Notes: a model not told the origin generated them from the sequence alone. Numbered from the stretch's first letter, positions 23,721-38,299 are shown. The stretch is DNA of 64,000 bases from Camelus ferus (GCF_009834535.1 NC_045696.1:33420001-33484000); one strand, 5' to 3'. Numbers and translations are program-made.

Positions 23721-25629
23721 AACTCTGTCAGTGATGTGTATGTAAAGTTATTTGAACGACCCAAATTTCAAAACACTGAAGAACAAAATCATTTGGTGCT
23801 CATAAGAATATTTGTAGACTGAAGTAGCACTACACTGTAGTGACATGAAAACAAAAAGAATTGGATATGTAGTGATACACTGGTTCTTTCATTTATATGA
23901 AAATCTAATGCTCTTCCTTATTACAAATTAACTAGAAGATATTTCTAAAATAATAAAGGTATAGTGATAATTTAAAACTTATTAAATTACAAAAAAGCAC
24001 TTTGTTTTTTGCAGCAATTATACCCCTTTTCTCAGCTAAATGATTCCACAGAATATCAGCTTTCTTTTTCTGAAATTCCAGATGTCTAGATTGCCTCCAA
24101 ATGAGTAATATTTATTTTGGATCCACACGGTTTATCTTTCCTGCAAGATTATGCATTTTCTGAATGGAAGGGATGTCTCATGTTCCTAATTTAATGCTGG
24201 AAATTTTAACCAATTCAATAACTTTTCTAAGTTTTATAAATTTAGTACAACTGACTGTTTTGTTTTGTTTTGTTTTTTCATTTTCAAATGCCCACAAATT
24301 TCAAATCAGAAAAAAGAGATACTGTAACTTATCTCAGTGCTAATATGTAACCACATTTCAGACCCATCTGGAGCATACTAAGAGAATTTTAAAAATATTC
24401 TCATAGTTTATCACCTTTTTCTTATTTAATACAGTTTTATTTATAATGTTCTCTCTTTTTAGAGATCTGGTTTGTCATCAAATCAGGAGTTTTGAATGAC
24501 TTTCAAAAATTAATAACTTGGCAAATCTCAAGCTTTTGTTCTATGGCTGTAACAGTAATCAAATTCTTCTATGTTGGAGAAAAAACAGCACAAGCATGTG
24601 AAGTTATTGTCCCAGCAAAATTCACATAGTTATTACTTGGTAGATTGCCTCTTGAATGTCAAATCAGAGTTCATTCAACTAGAACCATTTTAGTGATGCC
24701 TTTTAAGGTTTATAGGACCAAAGTTTTGCTACACCTGGCATTCTTCAACATCCCTCCACAAAAGACATTTCTATACCCAAATTCAGATTTTGAATTCAGC
24801 CTATCTTTGTGGAACTAATCATTTTCTTTTTGAATTATATTAATTTTTATTCTTTTTATTCTTCCATTCCTTAATCCATCAACAGTTGAACTTCCAGAAG
24901 ATTTATACACATAATTTACAATTGAATTGCATTCTCAATACAATCTTTCAGAAACTTATAGATTCAGGATTCTTCCCTCTGCCTCAAATCTCTTAAAAAT
25001 ATTATTACAGAAATTTTCATAATCTTATCTTGCAAATAAAACATTGGTAACCATTTAGGTGATTATATTACATTAACTGCAAATGATACATCATTGGTAT
25101 GAATACAAGTCAAGCTTATAAAAATTGCAAATTCCTCCATTCATCATAAAGTTTTGCTCTTTTGAATACTGCCTTAACAAGAGGATGTGAAAGAACTGTG
25201 TTTCTATGTATAGATTATAAATCTATTTAAAATTGTAATGGCCTTTGAGCTTATCTGAATATAAAAGTATTACCATAAACTAGTCTCAAAGCAAAAAAGT
25301 ATTATGCAAACAAAATAGGGCTCTAGAATTAGAACTCTGGGAGCAGGTGGCTAGCGGTATGAAAAAATTTAACTGGTGCTGAACATTTAACAAGGGAATA
25401 ATACTACTTTTTCTGAAGTTTCTTTCTGATGGAAGAACAGGTTCAATAGCCAAAAATAGCCTTTAATTTTTAATTAAATGTAAGTCTAAAAGGTATGCCA
25501 TTTAAAGACACCACAGGGCATGATTTAATAGCCCATTAATACTTGTATGAATCTTGTGTTTCTGTTTAGCACACATTAATGGAACTCAAAAAATATTTTT
25601 AGACTGTATCTATATATAATTTAATTGAT

Positions 25630-26030
25630 ACAATCCTAGAATTTTTGACATCTCTTAGAGGTCACCTAATGCAACTTTAGTTGATGAATCAATCCTACAC
25701 CATTTATAACAAATAGTTATCTAGGTTGTGCTTTAACATTTTTAGTAATGGGTAGCTTACAACTTTTTTAAGATATTACTGTATCTTAAAAAAGACTTTA
25801 AGTAAGTTTACCTATATGTTATGAAAGAAATAACTCCTTTAAACGTCTACCCACTGGTCCCCTTTCTTCCCCTCAGGAAGAGTTGGTGGTTTTAATTCAT
25901 ATTCATTCAACAATTTCTCATAAGACATATTTTCAAAATATTTATTATTTTGATTGCTTTTCTCTAAATGTTTCTTAGGTTTTTTTTTTAATGTTTTCCT
26001 GAAACAAGTCAGGAATTGAGCAATTCATCA
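25630..26030 (-). mobile_element. Ancient L3/CR1 fragment
   Basis: tatctaggttgtgctttaacatttttagtaatgggtagcttacaact...ctacccactggtcccctttcttcccctcagg resembles the antisense L3 3' end. Confidence 0.5.
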
Positions 26031-26188
26031 CTGCAATTTATAAAAATAAAGAATATAGAACAAATGGATTCATCATTGCAAATAAATCTCTTAAATGTGT
26101 ATATTTTGTATCATATCCATATGCTCAAATATACTTACAACATTTTCTTATAAATAAAAATAAATAATAGCACTTAGAATAGTTATTA

Positions 26189-26251
26189 ATAAATTTGGGA
26201 GTTTGAGATTTGCAAATGTTAGCTACTATATATAAAAATAGATTTAAAAAA
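26189..26251 (+). mobile_element. About 63-bp internal L1 3'UTR fragment
   Basis: ataaatttgggagtttgagatttgcaaatgttagctactatatataaaaa matches about 9024-9075; possible degraded TSD agaatagttatt / agaacagcttatt. Confidence 0.8.
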
Positions 26252-27415
26252 AGAACAGCTTATTGTTCATGCTCATAACATTTCACAAAAATTATGTAGG
26301 CTATTGAGATAAAGCTGCAGAAACTGATAATTATAAAATCTATTGTGGAATTATTAAAGAGATTCATAGTTTCTTTTAATTAAAAATGAGGCTCCAAACA
26401 TACAGTCTTTCTCTCAAAAGAGTCATTTTTACCAGTCTATGTGCACTTCATCCCATAAATATTGTAGCAACTACTGCTGTATGAGAATGTTTTCTCTCAT
26501 AAGAATAAGTTTTATATAATTCTATATGTAAATAAAGTAATGGACAGGTGTATGACGATGAGGGAAGAAGAAACGGAATTATCTTTGAGATTTGAATCGC
26601 CTTTACTTTGACATTTAATCATTTCATGTACATAAGAAACAGGATATTTACCCTTTAGCCTTTCTAGCTTCAAAGACGGTAAGGATAAATCTGTTTCCTG
26701 CTGGGAAAATTTTCAAAGAAGTTATAGAGTTTTCAAAATAGTTATAGCCAACAATTCTAAAGATTTCCTTCTCAAATTGTGTGAGGTGGTTTGCAAACTA
26801 ATCATTTGACAGAGATTATAGTTTTTTCTATAGAAAATGGGTTTTTAGGTCTAAATTGTCAGGGCTGCACTGTGTCTTTACTTATTACTTTGATTGTTTA
26901 TAGATATTACGATTGCCCTTGGACATAGAAATTTCAGGAAGAGTGATAATAGTTTCACAATGAGTAGATGGACTTACAACTAGGTTCTCTGGAAGATTAC
27001 ATGTACTGAGGAATACACTTGGCTGAATTCATTTTATCCTTAAATAATTGTTGTTGAACACAAGTTCTTGAGTAAACAAGTGCCAAAATCTACTCTTATT
27101 TTGTTCTTATTTACTCATTTTTACATCTAAAAAGAAACGAAAGTTAATTTATACAACATAAAATGTCAAATTACAACTTTGTACGTGCTGTTGAATGTGT
27201 AAAGTGAAAAGGTTTTCCTGATATTTGGACATTAGTAGTAAAAATGTATTTTCTAAGTTATACTATTTTACTAGATATTTCTGTCTCTGTAATATAAGTA
27301 AGTCTTGTAGAACCCCCTTTTTGGAAATTCATACATTTGTATATAATATTGGTGATTATCAGTATCATTGTGATTTAAAAGTAAATGTTCATAGTTTTTC
27401 AATTTCTTATTGTAT

Positions 27416-27810
27416 TGTCAGGCCACCCAAGATGTCTGTTCTCTTGCTCTCTGTTCATTCCCTGCTCAACCAGTGCCAGCTTCACCTATACCTTACTCAA
27501 ATGACTGACCTTCCTATATACTTGCCTGTGCCCCAGCTAGAGATTGTTCTTATCAAACAGGCGGTGAGCGGCATGCCCCTATGTTGGTTTCCCTGGTAAC
27601 CAATCAGCCAACCTGACCTAAGTCCCCCTATAACTGGTAACCACCCCCTGCTTTCTCCTGCTCACCACCCACCACACACAGTGGTGGGGAGTTGCTCCAG
27701 AACCTTGGTTCAGACATTTAAGATCCCACTATCCATTAAACCACTGATGTCTCTGTCACTCACTCCGGGCTCTTTCTTTGTTCTTAAAGCTGGGTGAGTA
27801 AAGCCCAACA
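27416..27810 (+). mobile_element. Solo LTR (ERV1/ERVL-like, family not assigned)
   Basis: Termini TGTCAGGC...GCCCAACA; ccaatc box; ATTAAA near 27735 followed by pyrimidine-rich U5-like sequence; TSD not clean. Confidence 0.65.
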
Positions 27811-27864
27811 CTTATATTCACTTATTAAATTCTTGTTGCTCATTAGGGGATATTTACTTTCTAC

Positions 27865-29230
27865 ATGTGTAAAAAGGTAAATGTTGCTCCAAGTGGATCA
27901 TAGATCTAAATGCAAAATACAAAACTATAAAATTCTGAAATATAACATAGAAGAAAACCTAGATGACCCTGAGTTTGACAATGGCTTTTTATATAAAACA
28001 ACAAAGGCAAGATCTGTGAAAGAAATCACTGATGAGCTGGACTTCATTAAAATTAAAAACTTCTGCTCAATGAAATATACGGTCAAGAGAAGGAGAAGAC
28101 AAGACATAGACTGGAAGAAAATACTTGTGAAAGACACATCTGATAAAAAAATGTTATCCAAAATATACAAGTCTTAAAACTCAACAACAACCAATAAAAA
28201 GTTTAATTAAAAATAGACCCTAACAGACATCTCACCAAAGAAAATGAACAGATAGCAAACATGAAAAGATGCTTCAAATCTTAAGTCATCAGCAAAATGT
28301 GAAATAAAGCAAAATGAGATACCACCACATTTATATTAGAATGGCCAAAATCAAGAACACTGACAACACCAAATATTGGCAAGAGGGAAGAGTAACAGGC
28401 ACTCTTACTTATTGCTGGTGGGGATGTAAAATGGTACAGCTACTTTGGAAAACAGTTTGGTAGTTTCTTACAAAACATACTCACCAAATGATTTAGCAAT
28501 TACACTCCTTGGTATTTACCCAAAGAAGTTGAAGTTTTATGTCCACACAAAACCTGTACATGGATGTTAATAGCAGATTTATTCATAACTGCCAAAATTT
28601 GGAAGCAACCAAGATGTCCATCAATAGATGAATGGATAAACAAACTAAAGTACATGCAAACAATAGAATATTATTTATTGCTAAAAATAAATGAATCTAT
28701 TTAAAAATAAATCAAGCCACGAAAGGACACAAAGGAAGCTTAAATGCTTAGTACTAAATTAAAGAAGCCAATCTGAAGAGGTTAAATACTGCCTGATTCC
28801 AGTTATACAACACTCTGGAAAAGGCAAAACTACAGAAATAGCAAAAGATCATTGGTCTCCTGGGAACAGGAGGGAAAGAGGGAGGAATGAATAGGTGGAG
28901 CACAAGAGAATTTTTAGGGCATTGAAACTATGGTGTTTGATACCATAATGAGGGATATATGTCATTATACCTTTGTCAAAACCCAAAGAACACACACCAC
29001 CAACAGTGAAACCCTAATGTGAACTACAGACTTTAGATGATATGAGAATCTATGAAGGCTCGTCAATTAAAACAAATGTACCACTGTGGGGCAAGATGTA
29101 AATAATGTGGGAAGCTCAGAGTGTTTGTGGAAGGGGAAAGGGGTATAAGGGAACTCTGCACTTCCTGCTCATGTATGCCAGGACCCGAAAACTGTTCTGA
29201 AAATAAAATCTATTTAAAAGCAAAATAATA
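27865..29230 (+). mobile_element. L1MC1-like ORF2 3' end and 3'UTR
   Basis: ORF 27881-28177 is ORF2-like (LDFIKIKNFCSMKYTVKRRRRQDIDWKKI); 3'UTR gtcattatacctttgtcaaaaccc...ccctaatgtgaactacagac; AATAAA and A-rich tail. Confidence 0.9.
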
Positions 29231-32200
29231 AATTGTATAAATATACAAATAAATAAATTATATTAAAGTAAGATAAAACTCTAAAAATAAAAAGAAATAT
29301 TTTACTTCTATATCTCCATGAAGATAATAAAACATACAGCTACTTTGCATTTTGGCAGTTATGGTAAATATATTGTGTGAAAGACATAACTAATATAGAC
29401 ATCAAGAATTTCTTTAGACTTCTGGTTTGACTTTGAATTTTCAGCATGTATTGTTTTATTTGTTGTTTCAAGATGACTTTAGAATTCAAATATATAAACC
29501 AAACATTTTTTTAAAAGGTAACATTATTAAACATTTTCATTAGGGAGAGCTAAACTTGCTGATTTTTAATATTATATTTTTAAGATAGAGCATTCAGAAA
29601 ATATACAAAATAGTAGAAGAAAAATCAAAACAAAACAAAAAAGAACATTCCTTATCCCTGAAATTTATTTCTTAAGCACTTTTTCTTGACTAGGAATTTT
29701 ATATAGATATTATACTTTTTAAAAAAAATCACATTTCAATAATGGTTAATTTCTCATGTTTTCAGTCATAGCGAGAAGCAAGCCTTAGGCTAGATTAGGT
29801 CTGGAATTGAGGTTATTGATCTTTCCCAAGGAATAACAGAGAAGGAAGAAAGAGAAAGCTGAGAAATTATGATACTGGATGAACAGGCTGGTGAAGCTTC
29901 TTTCCACTAATACTGTGCTACGCCTTGCAAGAAGTTTTTACCAACTACAACTAAGATTTTATGCTCAACAGAACATACTACTTGTAGTCAAACTGAGTAA
30001 GCACCAAAAAAAAAAAAAAATTAACAAAGCAAATTTCTTTAAAAAAAAATCACAGTTTAATCATGGTAAATCTATTGTATTTACAAATCACAGGAAATGG
30101 TATTTTAATACCAATGGGCAGAAAATAGGTACTATCTTCCCACAGCAGCTCTATGATGGGGAATTTTGGAAGGATCATACCCTTTATTTCCTAAATTCCA
30201 CTCTACAATAACTTTATAGTTGACTATATTGATGGAAGAAGTTATTTTACATGAAAATAATTTATTTGCTTATGGGAAAGTTCTAAAGTTTTCTGGAAGA
30301 TTTGAGCCCATTATTCTCTGAAGGAACATTCAGAGGGCAAAATAAAATGTAATATTGATGATGTTATGTTACTTAAATAATTAAAATAAAAAAGCAAACA
30401 TGGATAATTCCTACAGAGGAAATATATATATAATTTTTGCAATATCAGAGGGTGGAATTAACAATGGGCTCAATAAGACCCAGGATAATGGCACTTATGC
30501 TTTAACTCTGGGAGATGTAGGTTTTGACGTAGGATGATGGCTGCAACCTGCAAAGCTAAATGGAGACTGGAAGAGCAAGACCAAGAGAGGCTTAAAATGG
30601 GCCAGAATTGGAGAGATGCCCAGGCACCTGCGAGAGGAGAGCCAGAGAATCAGTCTGAGATTAGCTACACAGGTATCCCATGCAGAAAGTCTGATCAGGA
30701 TATGAGATGGCACGGCATAAGAAACAGAAGTCCACAAATCGAAAAAGACTGGCTAATATGGAGTCCCAAGGCAAAGTGTTTATGGTTATCTTTTCATTAA
30801 TCCAGGGATCAATCATCTCTAAGTAGGCATTGCATGCAAATTTGAATAACTAAGATCTTGTCAGTTAAGTCAGTGAATGTTGCTTAACCTGTACTTCTAC
30901 ATTTCAATGACAGACTGGCTAACTGCCTAGATAACTGAACTGGGCATAACTCAGTGTGTAGAACTTCCTCGTGCCTGGGGAATTCACATAAGCAAAGTAG
31001 TTTTACACATATTCTATCATTTAGTTTGCTAACACGGATTATGGAGTCAGGTGTTTAGATTAATACTTTTAAAAGGACAGACTTTCTATTAAGGATTTAG
31101 GTAAGCTCTTATTGCTATTTAGTTATAAAGATACAGCATATTTAAATTTCATAACAAAATTATATGAAAGATGCTTTATCTTTAAATATAAATATCAATA
31201 TTACTTTTGAAATTAATTTTTTCTGGTTTAAAAATCTCAAGACTCAAAAATTTTATTTTCAATAGTGTTTTCTAACAACTAACAAATGGTTACTTATAAA
31301 ATTCAGAAACTATGTTATATTAAAATTCTAAAGTGATGAAACTATAGCTCTAATCCCTGCAGTATCTACTTCTGTGATGCTCTGGGGATATATATGGGTA
31401 TCATTCTCCCTTTCCTAAAACTAATGGTAATTTTAAGAAAGATTAAAAATATTAATTTAAAAGGAATTTTTAATGTGATTTAGTAATATCTGATCATTAT
31501 CAATAAATTATTAATTAAATGGTCATTGTTATTATCCATGGTGAGAGATCCAAGCTTAGAGCAGGAAGGTACAGTAACTTTATACATTGCTTATCTTTGA
31601 ATGATTTACCTCACTCATAGTACTAACAGCTTAGTTTCTGGATATTACTTTCCTTGCATGAGCAGAGCTCTAAGTGATCATCAAAGGCCACTGCAGTGCT
31701 AAATTGGGGAAAAGTTTTCATGTACCGCTCTTTTTTAGCTGATTTCCTCATGAAACCTAATGTCACTCCCCAGCCTCTCTAGAAATTAATTCCACATGAT
31801 TGGAAACTCATCACATTTTGCATTAGCTGGGGCATGCCTGAGAATTTTAACTATGGAAAAATACATATTACTTGTTTCAATCCCTAGCCCACCCCACTGA
31901 TGAAGTGAATACTGACTTAGCAGAATTCTCTTCTTGGGACCCTTACAGGACTCTGAAGATATACCAGTAAATGCAGAAGATTGTAAACTAAAGACAAGAG
32001 CATCATACCTCTAGCATTGCATATAAGGTGATGGCTGAATGGGACATTTTTGTTCACAGGAATAACTGATCTTATATGGCATTATAGTTACATAAATGTG
32101 AGTCTTTGATTTCAAGAAAGATGATGTTTAAGTGTCTGCTTAATTTGCTTTTGTTTTGTTTTTAAATTACTCTTTTTGGAAACATTACAAACATGGCTGT

Positions 32201-32870
32201 AGAAAAGTATTATTGTATAATTTTTTAAAACTTTATAGACCATATTGGCTTGAGTTTAGAAGTTTCTTAAAGATTTGAAGATAAAGGGGGAATATTATTT
32301 ATATCACTTATAAGCACAGAAAAAGCAAATTAAAATGCATGAAATTCTGAGAAATGGAAAAGGAATTTTTCAAAAGATTACAATACAGCAGTACTAAATT
32401 TAGAGTGATACTATATAAATTAATTTTGTTTATAAAATAGGAAGAAAACATCTTTCCCTCAGACTTCCCTTGCAAATGAAAAAGCATCAGGCATTTATGA
32501 GAAATAGTTTATGAAGATGATCCTTCTTTGATAGTGATGAACAACACTAATATTTGCCTTAAGATGATTATTTTAGCAAACCATGCCACAACCAATTATT
32601 TTTATTAATCTATTTTGTTCTGGAATATATGATTTGCTTTTTGTGATACACAATTATATAAAGGACCAAGCCATATATTAAGAGACATTTATTATGTTGC
32701 AAAAATAAACTTTGAATATCATGTCAAGATAGAGACTCATTTAGGGCTGGCTGAAAAACAGTGTGGCACAGACGTAATATTTATTTTGGCTCTGAGACTT
32801 TAAAAGTCTTTGAAATAAAATTTGAAGTTAGCTAATTCATAGGCTTAAAAGACTTCAAGAGTGTTTTGCA

Positions 32871-32907
32871 ATGGCTATAACTCAATAAAAAAATGTTTAA
32901 CAAAAAA
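32871..32907 (+). mobile_element. 37-bp L1 3'-terminal micro-insertion
   Basis: atggctataactcaataaaaaaatgtttaacaaaaaa matches the terminus of the 13807-14582 L1 subtype; exact 14-bp TSD aagagtgttttgca (32857-32870, 32908-32921). Confidence 0.88.
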
Positions 32908-33386
32908 AAGAGTGTTTTGCAGACAAGGCAAGTGTCTTTAGATTTTTTCTTTCATATATAATTTAGATACTCGATACGGTCTTAGTGTATATTAAGTACT
33001 TGTTTATATGGAAGCCCTCACTAACAATTTTTAAAGCAATTTAATAGATTGAAATTCTTTTGGTTAATTCTAGCAATAGGTTAAGGACTGATGGAGTGAG
33101 ACAAGGCAGAGTATTCCAATTTATACAGAGCTGAGATGATTACAGAACAGTGCAGATATTTTTATTTGTACAAAAAACCCTATTTCCCAACATTTAAAGT
33201 ATATTTTTGAGTTTGCTTTAACAAACGGTATGGATAAGGAATTATATCTACTATAATAGTAGATATATATATATACACATATACATATACAATTATACCT
33301 ACTATGCTGATATGTAAAACTGAAACAGAGCAGAGATTCTCCACTAAATCCTGTTAAATCCTATTATTATAAACTCTTGGTATGAA

Positions 33387-33392
<6 letters not shown>

Positions 33393-33416
<24 letters not shown>
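33393..33416 (+). repeat. (TC)12 microsatellite
   Basis: Perfect TC run followed by a degenerate pyrimidine tract. Confidence 0.9.
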
Positions 33417-33417
<1 letters not shown>

Positions 33418-34019
33418 TTCTGTTTCTATTTCTCTCTCTCCTTTTATCTCTGTCTCTTTTGGAGGAGCTGAGGATATTGACTTTCTTCAGTGAAGCCCAC
33501 ACACATCAAGATAATCTTTAATCTGTTGTATGTTTAGATTATAGTGATGAGTTAGGTTGTTGCAAAAATTATGTATTTGCCAGATCTTCTCCTTATTCAA
33601 AGGCTATCAGTTCACTTCAAACTGGTTTTAACTGAGTATGGTTACAGTCTCTTAAATGGGATGATACTTGTATTATGCTGACTTGATTGAGTTTAATGTA
33701 TTTCAACTGTTTATCAAGAAAGAAAGGCATATAGAATAGTTAGGCTAGTTGACTCCCTTTCCTCATCTACCTTCTTCAAAAAATTATTTTAAAATAAGTA
33801 TTTCAAAATAAACATGAATCTAATTAATTACATTAAATATAAATATAAAACTATATTTAAAATTTTTTGAGCAGCTCAGTTTTATAGCACATTTCTTTCT
33901 AAATAGCATGAAAGGATATTATTCAATTTGTATTACGGACTGAGGGCACAGTTGTCAACAATGTTATTTGCTTCAGAGTCTCTTAGTATCAATAATTACA
34001 GGATACTCCAGGTACAATC

Positions 34020-34290
34020 AAAATAGCAGCATGGTTAAAGAACAGACTCTGAAACCAGAGTCAGAATTATATTTTAGAGTTATAAGTCAACTTAACCACC
34101 TTGCTTCTCATCTCAGTCACTTCTTAGCTCGGTGACCTCGAGCAGTCATTTAGCCTATCTGGATCTCAGTTTTCTCACACTGGTAAATGGGAATAATAAT
34201 AATAGTACCTATATTTTATACTTATTTTGCAGCCAAAAGCATTAATATAAGTAAAGAACTTATATTGGTGTCTGAAATATATTATATACT
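34020..34290. mobile_element. MIR
   Basis: tagcagcatggttaaagaacagactctgaaaccaga...gtgacctcgagcagtcatttagcctatctggatctcagttttctc. Confidence 0.75.
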
Positions 34291-36232
34291 ATAGTAGTTT
34301 TATGAATATTTTCCCCAACTCTGTTTTTTTACTTTTTCACCGCTCAGCCCTGAAGAATTTACATGCCAGTAGACTACAACCAAAATAATAGATATCATAA
34401 ATAATTCTACCTTACAATACACTTTAAGGGAGATTGCTTTATCTTCCTTTACTAAAAAACATACATGCTTACTCTTAATTAAAATTTATGATGTATATAA
34501 TGTTTCTGCATGGAATAGGTCTAATTTCATGACATTTCTCTAGCTTCGTATTAACATTATCTAATAACATTAATGCTTGAAATACTGCAGAATTTTTCAG
34601 AATTTGACATTGGTTTTAAACCTATACCAATGATTAGAGACCTTCTACTCAAACACTAGCGATACTTTAATTCCACGTAAACTGTTATATATATTTTAAT
34701 CTTTACAAAACACAGATTGCTACTAAAATATTTAAATAATACAATATCTAAAATGGTGATTTTTTTTTTTGCCTTAAGATATACTGTTATCCAAAAGGAT
34801 TGCCGTGTACATGGTATTGTCATGGAACACTTAGATTCAAGGAATAGGGAATTTTGTTATATATCAAGACTGCAGGATAACTGACAAGATTCTTGGCTGA
34901 AAATTAATAGTAATAAAAATAATGTGTTTTTATAAGTTGTACCCTATTGAAGGAACAATTTATTACAAAATAAAATGGAGTTCACTAACTCATATGCCAG
35001 CCAAAAGGAAAATTACCAAAAATATTTTTGCTAGCAAAGGAGTTTTTAATCTACCCTATTAGCCCTTATTTTTTTCCTCAACATATAATGGGAATATAAA
35101 TTAAATTTGCTATTTTTAAGTGACAGAAAATCAATCAGTAAAAATGCTAAGAATAAATCATATTATTTTTGCCTTTGTTCATTCGATCACTGATGTGATA
35201 TTTCCCCTGAGTGATTTACTTTACATTATTTTTATTACTATCCATATAATGCCATCCTTTGTTTATTGCTGTTATGTAACAGTTGATTTTAACAACATGG
35301 TATCTATTTACCAACTATTAAAATCTTTACTCTTATTATATGTAGAAATAAAGCTTTTCCTTCAGAAGAGAGAAGGTCTGTGAAGGTAGAATGATAACAT
35401 ATTTTAGAGTTACATGCCAACTTTGACCTATCTTATACTCAATGAATGGAGTGTATGTTCATTTTAATAAAGATGTGAAAAGTTAAATGTGAGTTTTTTT
35501 ACAACTGCTCTTTACCTGTTTCACTTGTAGTAAATAAAAGAGATTTGAGGCATGGTTCTCTAAAGGCAGAGGTGGGATCTGGATTGTGTGGCCAAGTTAT
35601 AGTAGAGGCTCACACTGAAATTAGCAGGGGCCTTTCTGCACTAAAAATTAAATTGTTTGCTAAGAAGTTAGCTTTGAATGAATGAAATAGTTCAAAATTG
35701 TATATGATTTTTCTTTTTACTCATCTTTCTCCCCTCTTCAACTCATCCTCTTAGAAGAAAATGTCCATATTCAGAAAACCATCATTTAAACCTTGCCTGA
35801 TGTATTTCAGAGATAAGGGAAGACATACCACTATCTTTTCACCCTTGGTCAGATCATTAACTGGAAGCTGTATGGTCAGTACCCATCTGCACAGATTTTC
35901 TGAGCTGTGATTGGTGTCCCCATCCTTAAATATGCAGAATCAGGACATGTCTACATTGGTACCATTTGAGACCTTTAAACATTCTTACATAGCAATGACT
36001 TACCCTCAATTGTTAGCCCCCCAGGAATAAGAAAAGCAAGAAGCAAAACAAAGACTCAAGAAATATTCATTGTACTAGAGGACAAAGGACAACGAATATT
36101 CAACATAGCTAGTGGGTACTGTAGATCCTTTAACCTGACATCCATTCTTTCCTGCTCCCTTCTAAATAGAACTTTTATTTTCACCTACTCCTCCATTAAG
36201 TCGAGGCTCTTAATGTTCTGAGTCATCTAACC

Positions 36233-36437
36233 CAGTGCTTCTCAACTGGGAGAGACTTGTCCCCAGGAAACATTTGACAATATCTGGAGATATTTTTGAT
36301 TGTTATGATTTCTGGGGTGGCATCTCATGAGTATAGGAAAGGATTTTGCTAAACACTCTACAAGGCACAGGAGATTTCCCAGCAACAAAAAGGTATTTGA
36401 TCCAAAATATCAGTAGTGGAGAGGTTGAGAAGCCCAG
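36233..36437. mobile_element. MER20 hAT-Charlie DNA transposon
   Basis: cagtgcttctcaactggg...catttgacaatatctggagatatttttgattgttatga...caaaatatcagtagtggagaggttgagaagcccag; TIR-like ends. Confidence 0.85.
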
Positions 36438-36499
36438 GTATGATGGGACAGAGTAATCTGTCTGGTCTGAAACACAGCTCTGCACATCCTGGCTGAGTG

Positions 36500-36850
36500 A
36501 TTTTCTTTTATAAATAGCTTATAGAAGGTATAACTGATATGCAAAAAAGCCTGCACATATCTAATTTGTACAATTTGATGAATTTGAACATACACAAACA
36601 TCCTTGATCCCATCAATGTTAAAGACATACCCAGCACCTCCCAGAGTTTCTTTATGTTCCTGTTGTTTGTTTGTTTGTTTGCTTGTTTTTTGTTTTTGAT
36701 AGTAAGAGCACTTAACATAACTACCTTCTGAACGAAGTTTAAAGTTTGCAATACTGTACTGTTACCGATAAGCACAGTACAGATAGAATACAGCAGATCT
36801 TTAGGACTTACTCATCTGGCACAACTGGAACTTTATACCCATTGAATTTC
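36500..36850 (-). mobile_element. L1MA/MB 3' end inserted into a MIR (MIR parts about 36440-36500 and 36855-37010)
   Basis: gtataactgatatgcaaaaaagcctgcacatatctaatttgtacaatttgatg...cagcagatctttaggacttactcatct; MIR tail gcactcagtaaatgttagctatta. Confidence 0.8.
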
Positions 36851-38299
36851 TTAACAGTGTACTTAATCTTTTAGTGTCTTAGTTTCCTCATTTGTCAAAT
36901 GATTATATTAATAGTTCATATTTCACAGAATTGCCTTAAATATGTCCACACATATAAATCATCAAGAGTAGTGATGGGCATGCAAAGCACTCAGTAAATG
37001 TTAGCTATTATGAGGTTTTTCAAGAATCAAGGAATGAGATGGCCCCCCAAAAAAAAAATATGGTTGATTAAAAATATAAAGTACTATTGATATAATTCAG
37101 CTTTCTCATTTACTTTTTTAGGGTTCTGGCCAGTGTACATGCTTATATTTGAAATTTACATTATATTGTTAATCTGAGAAACTAATTTTTCCTAAAATGT
37201 ATTGGGTTTAGAGGAAGCTACAATTTTCACCCTTATAGTAGCTTGAGTTTGCAAACATACTTGAACCTATAATTAATTTGGACATTGAAAATTTTGACTC
37301 TCTAGGGCTTGGCCAAAATGTGTGTTTCATAGACTAAAGAAAAAAGTTTACTAATCCTTCAAGATATCACAAGAGAATAATTATGTTTTTCAGGATTTAA
37401 GAAATTGCTCAAGTTTTTAAAAATTCTTTATATAAAATAATGCACCAATTACAAATACTTCTTCTACTTTTTCATTCTATTAAAGCAAACTATTTTTTCT
37501 GGAAGTCCTTTGATATAACCACATCCCCATTCTTCAATTACTTATCATATTAAAAAGATATTTTCCTGCATTGTCTATGAAATAGTGAATCTGTGCTTCA
37601 CTTAAGAACTTAAACCAGAAAATAAACTACAGGGGGAAAAAAACATATACATACTACATTCTTTATTACTACATTGCAAAACAAAATTATTTTAAGAGTT
37701 ACCAAATGCAGACAGATGTTAAATAGTAATATTGATGATATCCTTATATGTATTTAATATTTAAACGTTGAAACTGGTATATTTTAATTTTAAATTATGC
37801 TTCAGAAACTATCACAATTAGACTTAGAAAATGTTAAGAGAGTTTATGTATAAATATTTACCTGAAAATATTGTTTTACTATGGAGTATCATACTATTGT
37901 CCAGAAAATTTATCTTTGGAAAAAAATCCCAAATTACATTGAAATTTTGGGTTTGGCTATCAACACTGTAGAGTAGACAAAAGCGATTGAATGGATTTTT
38001 GTTGTTGTTGTTATATGGTTCCAAAATTCAAGAACCAAAAAGGATCTGTGTGGAGTGTCACTTCATATTTTCATCACTCATGAATCAGAATCTTTTTTTA
38101 ATTTTAAAGTTCTCCCTACACATAGACACAGAAATAATGACACATCAATATACAGACAATGTTGTATATCAATGCCTTTTTTAAAGAACCATTTTCCTAT
38201 TCTTTTACCTTTTCTAAACTTTGCTTTTTCTCTCTCTCTCTTTCCTTTTAGCTTCAAAGTAACTGCACCATCAGATGAACTTTGAGAGTATTATGCTAA

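Noticed and set aside
30440..30800. Purine-rich, GC-elevated stretch with an 88-aa ORF
   Set aside because: No recognisable protein or splice structure; possibly a decayed LTR, but I cannot support an assignment.
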